Under the pieces are notes generated by a model that saw nothing but the letters and a program-made list of their open reading frames with translations, did not search any database and was not told the DNA's origin. From Chiloscyllium plagiosum (Eukaryota), in assembly GCF_004010195.1 (NCBI RefSeq), contig NC_057718.1, positions 69,960,730 through 70,024,729 on the forward strand: a DNA stretch of 64,000 bases, in the 5' to 3' direction. Positions 50,160 to 61,439 of the stretch are shown piece by piece (position 1 is the stretch's first letter; every line of letters begins with the position of its first letter). The translations under genes were made by a program, and so were the position numbers.

Positions 50160-50825
50160 AGGAACATTACAGCACAGTACAGGCCCTTCGACCCTCAATG
50201 TTGTGCCAACCTGTGGAACCAATCTGAAGACTATCTATCCTACACTACTCAATTTTCATCCATATGTTTTATCCAACAACTATTTAAATGTCCTTGGTAA
50301 GTCTACTACTGTTGTAGACAGTACACTCCACACCCCTACTACTATCTGAGTAAAGAAACTACCACTGACATCTCTGCTCTGCTATTTACTTTATCCCAAA
50401 GTCCCTCCTCCCTACCTTTTATCTTAGCCTGCTTGGCACATTTTCCTCATTCCTGAAGAAGAGCTCATGCCTGAAACGTCGATTCTCCTGCTCCTTGGAT
50501 GCTGCCTGACTGCTGCGCTTTTCCAGCAACACATTTTCAGCTCTTACCACTGACATCTGTCCTATATCTATCACTCCTCAATTTAAAGCTATGTCCATTT
50601 GTGCTAGCCATCAGTATCTGAAGAAAAAGGCTCTCACTGTCCACCCCATCTAACCCTCTGATTATCTTGTATGTCTAAATTAAGTCACCTCTCAACCGTC
50701 TTCTCTCTAACAAAAACAGCCTAAAGTCCCTCAACCTTTCCTCATAAGACTTTCTCACCATAGCAGGCAACATCCTAGTAAATCTCCCCTGAACCCTTTC
50801 CAAAGCTTCCATCATCCTTCCTATT
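50160..50825 (-). mobile_element. CR1 LINE 3' fragment interrupted by a PLE insert
   Basis: Reverse-complement homolog of 34600-35080. Confidence 0.85.
50374..50544 (+). mobile_element. Short PLE 3'-end insert with hammerhead and 14-bp TSD
   Basis: TSD TACCACTGACATCT at 50360-50373 and 50545-50558. CTGAAGAAGAGCTCATGCCTGAAACGTC at 50453-50480. Confidence 0.85.
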
Positions 50826-51629
50826 TGTATAGGAAATATAAAGCTAGATTAGTGCAATATAAAATTGATAAATTTGATCTGAGGTCCTGAAGCATAATCC
50901 AAGTACATGTAAAAAAGGAAGGCACAAATCATGAACTGGATTCAAATTTTAGATTAGTTGCTGAAGGCTATATGCCATCATTTTGAGCATTTTATTAATT
51001 CTAAGCTGGAAATTGTTAATTTGCACTCCTGTTGTATGCTAAAATTAGTATTGAAAAATCTCCAGTGAATCAGACCAAACCTTCTGTCGTATTCCCTTTC
51101 TTCTTAAATACCAAGAGTATAATTCTCATCCATGCTTAGCTTTAATTCTCCTTCCCTACACATCATCACATCAAAAGAGTGAATGGGAACAGAAAGAGGA
51201 TAATGTTGAGAAGAAAAGGCCCATCATTTTCCATACTACCCCTCTGGTAACGTCAGTGTGTAAGTCAACATAAGTTCCTTCAGATACCCACTTCCCCAAT
51301 TGTCCCTGCTGCAATTCCCTTCAACATACCTCATGTGTCCCTCTCTTCTCACTCACAGGCACAAGCTCCAACAGTTTCACCCAGCAGCAAACAAGGAAAC
51401 ATTTATTAAAAGATACTAAAGAATGCACTAGCAACTAGCATTGAAAGGCTGCAGCAGGAACACTTATACACACAGGCAGGAACCCAGCTCACAGTTTGGA
51501 CAAAGCTGCATTTCAAGGCTGATTGATTGCTTGATTGATTGCTCTCTTAGTGCTTGTTCAATGAATAAATGCCTCCACAACCAGGGCATCTTGAATAATT
51601 AACTTATAAGTTAAAACAAGTGTGATATA

Positions 51630-52537
51630 TATATATATTTTAAAATCTTTATTTTCCTTTTTTTTCTTTTAAAGCTCTGTTTATTTATTTATTTATTTTT
51701 CTTTTCTTTATTATTTTCCCCCCACACTACCACCTAAGTGCGGTAGTGCTTATTTTTTTCCCCGCACCCATGGTGTGTGTGTGCAGGTGTGAGATACAGT
51801 GAGAGACATAAGGTGTATGAATCTTTATTCAATTTCCACCACCAGGAAAATAGGAAAACACCCGAGTGGTGAACAACTCCAGGGTGTTGGTGGACACCGC
51901 GTGCTCCTTCTCCAAGGACACCCGGGCTCTAGCGTAACCGCGGAAGAGGGGCAGGCATTCGGCCCTAACGACCCCCTCCACGGCCCGCTGCCTGGGCCTG
52001 TTGATGGCCAGCTTGGCCAGGCCCAGGAGCAGACCCACGAGGAGGTCTTCAGACCTGCCCTCCCTCCTCCGTACCGGGTGCCCGAAGATCAGAAGCGTGG
52101 GACTGAAGTGCAACCAAAAGCAGAGGAGGAGGTTTTTCAGAAAATCCAAAAAGGGAGTGCAAACGCCCACACCCAATATACACGTGGTCCACGGACTCCA
52201 CAGCGCCACAGCGCCACAGTTGGGCTGGGAGTCCATGAACCACCGCAACCTGCGGTTGCAGGGGACTGCTGCGTGCAGCACCCTCCACCCCAGATCCCCG
52301 AGAGAAAGGGGGAGGACTCCCGTGTAGAGAGCCCTCCACTGGGGATCCCCACCGCCCGGTGGCAAATGGGCACGCCAAGGCATGTCCAGACGGTGGATGA
52401 GGGAGAAGAGGTGGACGGTGTGCAGCAGCAGTCTATACAGGGCCCTTCTTTTCACATCCCTAAATGAGACAAAATTAAAATTTTGGAGGCGGCTCAGGTT
52501 GTGGGGCACAGGCTCCTGCGGGAAGTACGGGACCTTG
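51630..52537 (-). mobile_element. Tx1-type LINE, 5'-truncated, 15-bp TSD
   Basis: PQWRALYTGVLPLSLGDLGWRVLH..C..ESVDHVYIGC resembles the Tx1 ORF2 C-terminal zinc-binding region. A-rich tail. TSD AACAAGTGTGATATA at 51615-51629 and 52538-52552. Confidence 0.88.
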
Positions 52538-52552
52538 AACAAGTGTGATATA

Positions 52553-53400
52553 AATTGCAGGACAGGTGATACATTGCTGCTGCAACATGTGGAAAACATC
52601 AATATGATCCAGAGCAAACACACCTGTAGTAAATATTTGCAGCTGAAGGAACTTCAAATCTGAGTTGAGGAGCTGGAGTCTGAGCTGTAGATATTGTGAC
52701 ATATCAAGGAAGGGAAAAGTTACCTGGACATTTTGTTCCAAAGGGTGGTCACATCACTAGGTAATTAAAATTCTATGTGTGATCAAGGACAGGAGGACAT
52801 AACTGCAGATAAGGCAAGTGTGAGGACCCAGGTGGGGTTAAAATTGAGACATCTGGAGGTTCTTGCAAGCTGCAGGGGCCAGAGGACTGCAAGGAGAACA
52901 AGTGAACTGACCGCAGCCTTGGTACAATGAGCCATTCAAGTGAGGAGAGGAAATAAGAATGTAATTATAGTAAGTGACAATACAATTAGAGGGATAGATA
53001 CTCTTCTCTGCAGCTGTGAGTGGGGGTCCTGAAGACTGTTGTCTGCCTGGTGTCAAGGTTAAGGACATCTTTTCAGGGCAAGGGAAGATCTTGCAGACAA
53101 AGAAGAGGAACACAGTAGTTGTGACATTGGTAAGACTTGAAAGGAGGTTTTGCTGAAAGACCTTGAATACCTAGGAGCTACATTAAAAAGAATAGCCTCC
53201 AAAGCACTAATTTCCGAATTACGACATGAGGTACTGTCAAACTGGCATAGGGTAAATAAACTCAAGGAGTTAAATGCAAAGTTCAGAGATTGATGTGGGT
53301 GGAATGGATTTCAATTTGTAGAGTATTGGGATATAAGCAAGCTGTTCTGGTAGGATGGGCTTCACTTAAACCGATGCTGGGCCCAGTATCCAGGTAAAGT
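52553..53400 (+). mobile_element. CR1 ORF1 relic (coiled-coil + SGNH esterase domain)
   Basis: CSKYLQLKELQI*VEELESEL, then VIIVSDNTIRGID and CCLPGVKVKDI, resembling the GDS..RG / CLPGA esterase motifs. Confidence 0.7.
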
Positions 53401-53599
53401 GAATTTCAAGATGGCAGTGGAGTAACAAGGCAACGTTTGGGCTCCTATTTGGAGCTCAGCTACTCCATCCTCTTTTACTTTTTCTTCTTCCACTGCTTTT
53501 TATCTTGGTTTAACATAGTTACCTATCTGAGGTGTGAGTTTGTGCAGCACAGCAGAGATTGTCATTGAGGAGATCGAGCTAGCACAGAGAGGGCGAGCC

Positions 53600-54575
53600 C
53601 AATATAGAGTCATAGAGATGTACAGCACGGGAACAGACCCTTTGGTTCAACTTGTCCATGCCAACCAGATATCCCAACCCAATCTAGTCCCACCTGCCAG
53701 CACCCGGCCCATATCCCTCCAAACCCTTCCTATTCATATATCCATCCAGATGTCTTTTAAATGTTGCTCGCCTCCACCACTTCCTCTGGCAGCTCATTCC
53801 ATACACTGTGTGAAAACATTGTCCCCTTAGGTATCTTTTATATTTTTCCCCTCTCACCCTAAACCTATGCCCTCTAGTTCTGGACTCCCTGACCCCAGGG
53901 AAAAGACTTTGTCTACTTTCCTATCCATACCCCTCATGATTTTGTAAACCTCTAGAAAGTCACCCCTCAACCTCTAACACTCAAGGGAAAACAGCCCCAG
54001 CCTATTCAACATCTCCCTCTAGCTCAAAACCTCCATACCTGGCAACATCCTTGTAATTCTTTTCTGAACCCTTTCAAGTTTCACAACATCTTTCCGATAG
54101 GAAGGAGACCAGTACTGCATGCAATATTCCAACAGTGGCCTAACCTATGTCCTGTACAGCCGCAACATGACCTCCCAACTCTTGTACTCCATACTCTGAC
54201 CAATAAAGGAAAGCATACCAAACACCTTCTTCACTATCCTAATTACTTGCGACTCCACTTTCAAGAAGCTATGAATCTGCACTCCAAGCAGGTTCAGCAA
54301 CACTTCAGCAACACTCCGAGGACCTTACCATTAAGTGTATAAGTCCTGCTAAAATTTGCTTTCCCAAAATGTTGCACCTCACATTTATCTAAATTAAACT
54401 CTATCTGCCACTTCTCAGCCCATTGGCCCATCTGGTCAAGATCCCATTGTAATCTGAGATAACATTCTTCGCTGTCCACTATACCACCAATTTTGGAGTC
54501 ATCTGTAAATGTACTAACTATACCTCTTATGCTCACATCCAAATCATTTATATAAATGATGAAAAGTAGTGGACA
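53600..54575 (-). mobile_element. CR1 LINE 3' fragment
   Basis: PLLFIIYINDL..FTDDSKIGG..WAEKWQIEFN. Confidence 0.92.
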
Positions 54576-54914
54576 TGGCAGCAACAGAGGTGCCCAACAT
54601 CAATTGCAATCATTCCAAGCGGCAGTGAGAGCAGGGATGTACAACCCAAAGTGGACAACAGTGAGAGCAGGAACAGGCACTGAGGCAGTGGCAGGAGCAT
54701 GAACAGGCAGCTTGAAGCAGCAGTGCTAGCAGGAATACGTTGTAAAGTAGAGAGAGAGCAGCCAGCCCAGGGCAGTGGCAGGGTTGAAGTCAAGACCAGA
54801 GTGATGCACGTGAGGAGTGCAACCCCACATGGCTAGGCACTTATGGACTGTGATGTTGAACTTTTAACTGTGTTTCTTTGTGTTTATGCTTTTTAATGAG
54901 AATGACTGTAATGA

Positions 54915-55227
54915 TTAGATTAGATTCCCTACAGTGTGGAAACAGGCCCTTCAGCCCAACAAGTCCACACCGACCCTCCGATGAGCAACCTACCGCCCTA
55001 CTTTTACCGCTGACTAACCCATCTAACACTATGGGTAATTTAGCATGGCCAATTCACTTGACCTGCACATTTTTGGACTGTGGGAGGAAACCGGAGCACC
55101 TGGAGGAAACCCACGCGGACACAGGGAGAATGTGCAAACTCCACACTGATGGTTGCCCGAAGTGGGAATTGAACCCGGTTCTCTGGCGATGTGAAGCAGC
55201 ACTGCTAACCACTGAGCCACCATGCCG
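54915..55227 (-). mobile_element. HE1-type V-SINE
   Basis: Head, core and TCTAA tail. Confidence 0.9.
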
Positions 55228-55383
55228 TTTAACTTTTTAACTTTGCTTCTTTACTTTTCTGTTTTGTACCTAAGATTTTGTACCAAGGTACCTTTCTATC
55301 AAGAAGGCACTGTAAGTGGTGACTTATAAACTTTTCACTATACTCATGTGAGTACATCTGTCAACAAACCTAATTCTACTGCT

Positions 55384-56703
55384 GTAGAGATGGCTTTAAA
55401 CTAATTGTAGAAATAGAAATATAAATTGGAAAAAGAAATAAATCTTTCATCAGAAAAGAGCTTATGCTCAATATATCAACTCTCCTGCTCCTCGGATGCT
55501 GCCTGACCAGCTGTGCTTTTCCATCACCACACTTTTTGACTCTAATATCCAGCATCTACAGTCCTCACTTTCTCCCAGTGACTAAGGAGTCAGTGAGGGA
55601 GCACTGTGTGGCCAGTGATCATAATATTACTAGTTTTTAAATAGTTACGGAGAAAGGTAGACCTGATCTAAAAGTTAAAATTTCTAAATTGGAGTAAGGC
55701 TAATTTTGACAGTATTAGGCAAGAACTTGCAAAGGTTGATTGAGAGAGACTATTCGCAGGTAAAGGGATGATTGGAAAGTAGTAGGCCTTCAAAAATGAG
55801 ATATCAAGAGTCCAGAGACATTATGTCTCTGTTAGTGTGAAGAACAAGGCTGATATTTGCAGGGAATGCTGGATGATGAGAGAAACTGAAACTCTGGTCA
55901 AGCAAATGAAGGAGGCATATTACAGGTATGAAACTTTATTGCTGGAACAGCACAGCAGGTCAGGCAGCATCCAGGGAACAGGAGATTCGACGTTTCGGGC
56001 ACAGGCCCTTCTTCTGGAATGAGCAGAGAGTGTTCAGCAGAAGATAAAAGGTAGGGAGGAGGGACTTGGAGGAGGGGCGTTGGAAATGTGATAGGTGGAA
56101 AGAGGTCAAGGTGAGGGTGACAGGTCGGAGTAGGATGGAGGCGGAGAGGTCAAGAAGGTAGAGATGGCTTTAAACTAATTGTAGAAATAGAAATATAAAT
56201 TGGAAAAAGAAATAAATCTTTCATCAGAAAAGAGCTTATGCTCAATATGTCAACTCTCCTGCTCCTCGGATGCTGCCTGACCAGCTGTGCTTTTCCATCA
56301 CCACACTTTTTGACTCTAATATCCAGCATCTACAGTCCTCACTTTCTCCCAGTGACTAAGGAGTCAGTGAGGGAGCACTGTGTGGCCAGTGATCATAATA
56401 TTACTAGTTTTTAAATAGTTACGGAGAAAGGTAGACCTGATCTAAAAGTTAAAATTTCTAAATTGGAGTAAGGCTAATTTTGACAGTATTAGGCAAGAAT
56501 TTGCAAAGGTTGATTGAGAGAGACTATTCGCAGGTAAAGGGATGATTGGAAAGTAGTAGGCCTTCAAAAATGAGATAACAAGAGTCCAGAGACACTATGT
56601 CTCTGTTAGTGTGAAGAACAAGGCTGATATTTGCAGGGAATGCTGGATGATGAGAGAAACTGAAACTCTGGTCAAGCAAATGAAGGAAGCATATTACAGG
56701 TAT
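55384..56703. repeat. 546-bp direct duplication (55384-55929 / 56158-56703) flanking a PLE fragment
   Basis: Offset 774 bp, with about 5 substitutions seen by eye. Confidence 0.93.
55930..56157 (-). mobile_element. PLE 3'-end fragment (family A) with hammerhead motif
   Basis: Homologous to 9615-9840. Minus strand ATTC-CAGAAGA-A-GGGC-CTGT-GCCC-GAA-ACGT-C-GAAT at 55985-56020. Confidence 0.85.
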
Positions 56704-57705
56704 AGATAGCTGGATTGAGTGAGTCCCTCAGGAGTATTTCAGCAGTCGGATAATACTCGAGGGAAATCAGGAGAATAAAAGGATGATATGTGATAGCCAA
56801 ACAGGGTTATGGAGAATCCAAAGAGATTCCACAAATACATTAAGGGCAAAAAAAGAGTAACTGGGGAGAGGAATATCAACAAGGTTGTCTATGTGTGGAA
56901 TCACAGGAGTTGGGTGAGATACAAGTATTTTCACATTCATGTTTACTATGGAGAAGGATATGGAAACTAAAGAACTTGGAATGATAAATCGTGATGTCTC
57001 GAAAAGTCTCTATATTACAGAGGAGGACATGCTGGACTCTTTAAACGCATAAAGGTGGAAAAATCCCCAGGTACTGATCAGGTCAACACAAAACTTTGGG
57101 AAGTTATGGAAATAATTGCTGGGCCCCTTGCTGAGATATTTGTATCATTGATAGCCACATGTGAGGTGCTGAAAGACTGAAGGGTAGCTGATGTGGTTTA
57201 AGAAATATAGTAAGGAAAAGCCAGGGAGTTATAGACCAGTGAGCCTGAAATCAGTGATGGAGAAGCTGTTGAAGGGGATTCTGAGGGATAGGATTTACAT
57301 GCATTTGGAAAGGCAAAGATTGATTAGGCTTGTGCATGGGAAATCGTGTCTAGCTAATTTGATTGAGTTTTTTGAAGAAGTGACAAAGAAGATTGATGAA
57401 GACAGGGTGGTGGATGCGACTATATGGGCTTCAGCAAGGCATTCAACAAAGTTCCGCATGGTAGACTGGTTAACAAGATTAGATCACGTGAAATCCAAGG
57501 AGAGCTAGCGATTTGGATATAAAATTGGTGTGAAGGTAGGAGACAGAATGTGGTGTGGAGGGTTGTTTCTCGGATTGGAGGCCTGTGTCACAAAGATTGA
57601 TGCTTTTTATCATTTGTATAAATGATTTGGATGGGAATATAGGAGGAATAGTTAGTAGGTTTGCAGATAACACCAAAATTGGTGGTGTAGTGGACAGTGA
57701 AGAAG
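56350..57705 (+). mobile_element. CR1 LINE ORF2 middle fragment (its 5' part also present in the first duplicate, 55576-55929)
   Basis: SYRPVSLKS, KSCLANLIEFFEEVT and RFADNTKIGG motifs. Confidence 0.9.
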
Positions 57706-58274
57706 GTACAGAAGAGAAATCAGCAGGTTCTGCAACAGCCTACAAAGTCCTCTCTTGCTCAGCTATCTGTAGATGCAACAAATCATGACATTGAACTGGT
57801 TAAGTCAGACCCCTTTCCTCAGTGAACCAGCAAGCAGCTGGAAGAAAGAAGGTTAGGAGAAACCTTCAGATCAGCCAGAACCAACTGAACAGATCTTGCG
57901 CACAGAGTACAGAACTATTTCCCAGCTGCCCACATGTTTTATTTCCTTCTATGTATTTTTGCCTCTTCCGTGTGTATGTATTTGTGTGTGTGCATATATA
58001 TGGAGGCATTTATAAGGGATTTTGAGTTTTAATCTGTAGAATTTACTTTATTTAGTTTAATTATTTACCTTTAGATGGAATTGAATGGTTTACAATAAAT
58101 GCTGATTTCTTGTTAATTACTTAAACCTGATGTGCGCTTTTTATCAAGCTGGTTCTGAAAATCAGGTAATTTTTGTGATCTTGCATATTTATATTTAAAG
58201 CTATAAATTTGTACCAGCTACAGGAATAGTGGTATTTGATTTCCAGTGTGTTACCCCAGGGAGTCACATTTACA
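57706..58274 (+). mobile_element. Probable partial LTR
   Basis: Abrupt break from CR1, AATAAA at ~58094 and a TTACA end. Confidence 0.4.
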
Positions 58275-58303
58275 ATGCATGTAGAATAAACCTGTTTACG
58301 CAT

Positions 58304-58974
58304 TGTTGTGGGGAAAATCACCAGTCTTGGAGTCAAAATCAGGATTCAACGACAGAGTTCATTGTACAAAGATACCGGAGCTCCGGGGAGAGACAGAGAC
58401 ATCTGGCAGCATGGCTGTCAGCTGTGAGCCTTCTCTCACTGTTGGAGCACATGTCATGATATTTTATAAATTTCATGGAATAATGGTCCAAATATTGACT
58501 CTTTGTGCAGCATGGCTTGTTTACAGAAAACATTAGAGTCATTATCAGTTTCAGAGGAATGTTACAGAGTCATTGTCAGTTTCAGTAGCTACACAGAAGT
58601 CCATTGCTGCAGTAATTGGTTTTGATCATTCTTCCTGAGAAGCCCATTACAGCAAATCTAAGGTATTAACACTTGTATAACTCAGTTAGTTAACATTTCC
58701 CTTGAAGGTAGTGGCTGGACTCAGACACTTCAGCTGGCAGTAGACGTTATTGATGTGTATTCTCTCCTCCACCCACCTTAAACTAATTATCTATGTTCTG
58801 TATCTATTGTGCTGGTATCTGTTGGCCTCAGGCAGTATCTGTGCATGCTTCGCTGTACTTTTCAGCTAATGGCTCAGCGGCCAACTAGTGTGCTAAGTGA
58901 CCAACTTATGGCTCAGCGGCCATCTTGTGTCTGTGTGCCCTGTGTCAGCCTGCCCCTTGTCAACTCCCAATTCA
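58304..58974 (-). mobile_element. Solo LTR with 4-bp TSD
   Basis: TGTTGTGGG...CCCAATTCA termini. GCAT at 58300-58303 and 58975-58978. Short internal direct repeats (AGAGTCATT.TCAGTTTCAG x2; ATGGCTCAGCGGCCA x2). Strand is tentative. Confidence 0.65.
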
Positions 58975-59329
58975 GCATCAAATGTTGTTCAAAAGCAAAT
59001 TGGACTTTCAGATGGTTGCTTGGCAAACTAACATTCCCATCTCTGTGATGCAAGAGTTAGCAGCAATAACTTAAAAGCAAGTAAATGTTTGACAAAAGTG
59101 CCCCAACATTTGTTATACTTACATGGGTGCTAGAGGATGAGGGGAATTTTGCTGCATCATGGGCATTTTAAAACAATGGTCTCTAATGAATGCAATGGGA
59201 AATGGAATAGTAAGGTAGGACTGGAATGGGAAAAGGGTCAGAGTGCAGTGGATACACGTGCCTTTTGAATAATATCCCTGTTGGATGTTATGTGTTTTTC
59301 TTTTGGCGCCTCAGTAAGTTGATTCACAT

Positions 59330-59630
59330 GCTGTGACCATGGAGGGGCAGATGATAGCGAGCTGCCAGTCTGCTACTGCAACTTGGAGTAATCGTTGGGA
59401 TGAGACCTCCAGTATAGTCCACACATGGTATGCTGTACCATCCATGTATACTGCGTTCAGAACAGTTGCAGCAGATAACCAGACAGTGATAGACCCTGAG
59501 GAGCTGGAGGATTGGGAGCAGTTATCTGTTGAGGAGTTCAAGGTCATTGCAAAGGAGAAAGCTGTCCTTGTGAATGAAACATTACAAGGCAGATAAGACT
59601 CTATTGACACACTGAGCCAGTTGTTGCCAA
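59330..59630 (+). mobile_element. PIF/Harbinger transposase C-terminal relic
   Basis: LQYSPHMVCCTIHVYCVQN (~59407-59463) resembles the HARBI1-family LQYSP.RV..II.ACC.LHN motif and is followed by an acidic stretch. Confidence 0.55.
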
Positions 59631-59637
59631 CAGGTAC

Positions 59638-59734
59638 AGAACTGAAAATGTGTTGCTGGAAAAGTGCAGCAGGTCAGGCAGCATCCAAGGAGCAGGAAAT
59701 TCGACGTTTCGGGCATGAGCCCTTCTTCAGGAGT
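59638..59734 (-). mobile_element. Short PLE 3'-end insert with intact family A hammerhead core (59699-59734)
   Basis: Minus strand CTGAAGA-A-GGGC-TCAT-GCCC-GAA-ACGT-C. Confidence 0.8.
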
Positions 59735-59764
59735 CCATCTTGGACATTCAAGCTTCTTATGCCA

Positions 59765-59972
59765 GCCAAAACAAAAAGAACTGCAGATGCTGGATATCAG
59801 AAACAAAACCAGAAAGTGCTGGGAAAACTCGACAGATCTGACAGCATAATTGGAGGAAAAATAGAGTTACATTTTAGGTCCTGTTCTAAAGAAGGGTCAC
59901 TGGATTTTGCTTTCTCTCCAGAGATCTCGCCAGATCTGCTGAGTTTTCCCAGTAATTTCTGATTTTGTTTCT
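59765..59972. mobile_element. PLE family-C end fragments in inverted arrangement
   Basis: Minus-oriented tail at 59765-59870, then plus-oriented GTTCTAAAGAAGGGTCACTGGA...CCAGATCTGCTGAGTTTTCCCAG. Confidence 0.65.
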
Positions 59973-60351
59973 CATTATGCCAGTATATTGTAGATGTGAA
60001 TTACAGCCTGTAATCACTTCCTTTGTGCTCCCTTTTGCTGGCTGTAAATTAAAGCTCATGTGTGGACTTGTCCGAATGCCAGCTGAAATGTGTGTTGTTC
60101 CCCTACTGGACCATAACAAAATAAGGGTAACTACTGAACTCTGAGTACAGAGTCTTCAGATAGGACAACTGGTATCTAAGGACAGATAAATTTTATGGCA
60201 TGCAGTTTAAACAGTGACTAAGATGAGAGCGGTGGGGGGGAGGGGGAGGTGGGGGCGGTTGGATGTGTGAAGTCTGCCATGCCAGCTATATACCGTGGGC
60301 TGCAATAGCTTTATGGATGCTGTGCTATTAGACTGGCAGCAAGACAACTTG

Positions 60352-60665
60352 TGGGCGGCACGGTGGCACAGTGGTTAGCACTGCTGCCTCACAGCGCCAG
60401 AGACCCGGGTTCAATTCCCGCCTCAGGCGACTGACTGTGTGGAGTTTGCACGTTCTCCCCGTGTCTGCGTGGGTTTCCTCCGGGTGCTCCGGTTTCCTCC
60501 CACAGTCCAAAGATGTGCAGGTCAGGTGAATTGGCCATGCTAAATTGCCCGTAGTGTTAGGTAAGGGGTAAATGTAGGGGTATGGGTGGGTTGCGCTTCG
60601 GCAGGACGGTGTGGACTTGTTGGGCCGAAGGGCCTGTTTCCACACTGTAATGTAATCTAATCTAA
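60352..60665 (+). mobile_element. HE1-type V-SINE (young, close to consensus)
   Basis: CpG-rich intact head GGGCGGCACGGTGGCACAGTGGTTAGC, B-box GGTTCAATTCCC and TCTAA tail. Confidence 0.95.
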
Positions 60666-61439
60666 AAGAGTGAACTCTTTGGAATTCTGTACACCTGCGG
60701 GCAATGGAGGCCGAATAATTAATATATTCAATACTGAAGAAGACAGATTTTTGATTTACAATGAGTCAAAGTTTATGTGGAATAGACATAATATTCCATG
60801 ATGGAGTTAAAGCCACAATCAGATCAGCTTTAATTTTATTCATTGTCAGCAAAACTAAATGACTAGCATTCCTGCTCAGATTTCTTAAATTTTTATTTTT
60901 ACTATTACTATTAGTGAAGATGTGATATGTTTTCAGTAGAGGTTGAGGAAACCTATGGCTTCAGAATTGTAAGATGCATGTCTGTTCTCCTGTTAAGTAT
61001 ATGCTTGAGTTAAAGCCTGGAGGTCAATCCCTGAAGATGTCTGATAGTTATTACCGTTGAGTCTAAAAATCTCCACTGGGCAACATTATGGAATACTTAT
61101 TTTCATTATGGACATAACTACAACATTAGGCTCCTTCCTTGCAATCAGCAGTGGATTTTCAGCGAAGGAGCTATCACCTCCAAAACTTTGACAAAAATGC
61201 AGGAGAGAAAATACAGACTGCAGGTTCTCAGAGTCTTTGATGACCTGATGTCTATGTGAAACATGATCCAACATCATCATTGGTGGTCCTTTGCAGACAA
61301 AAATACATTTCTTCCACTCTCTGAGTGAGTCCATAGGTGACTGTACAGTGCAATGTGGCTTCCGCAGTTTCTGCCCCACTTGAATCAAAAGCTACTCATG
61401 GGATGAGATGGATGAGGCATTGGTGTGGCAGTGCACTCC

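Noticed and set aside
51799..52467. 222-aa plus-strand ORF
   Set aside because: It is antisense to the GC-rich Tx1 ORF2 fragment and has no recognisable domain.
60352..60425. tRNA-like sequences at HE1 heads
   Set aside because: These are tRNA-derived SINE promoters continuing into the V-domain and LINE tail, not tRNA genes.
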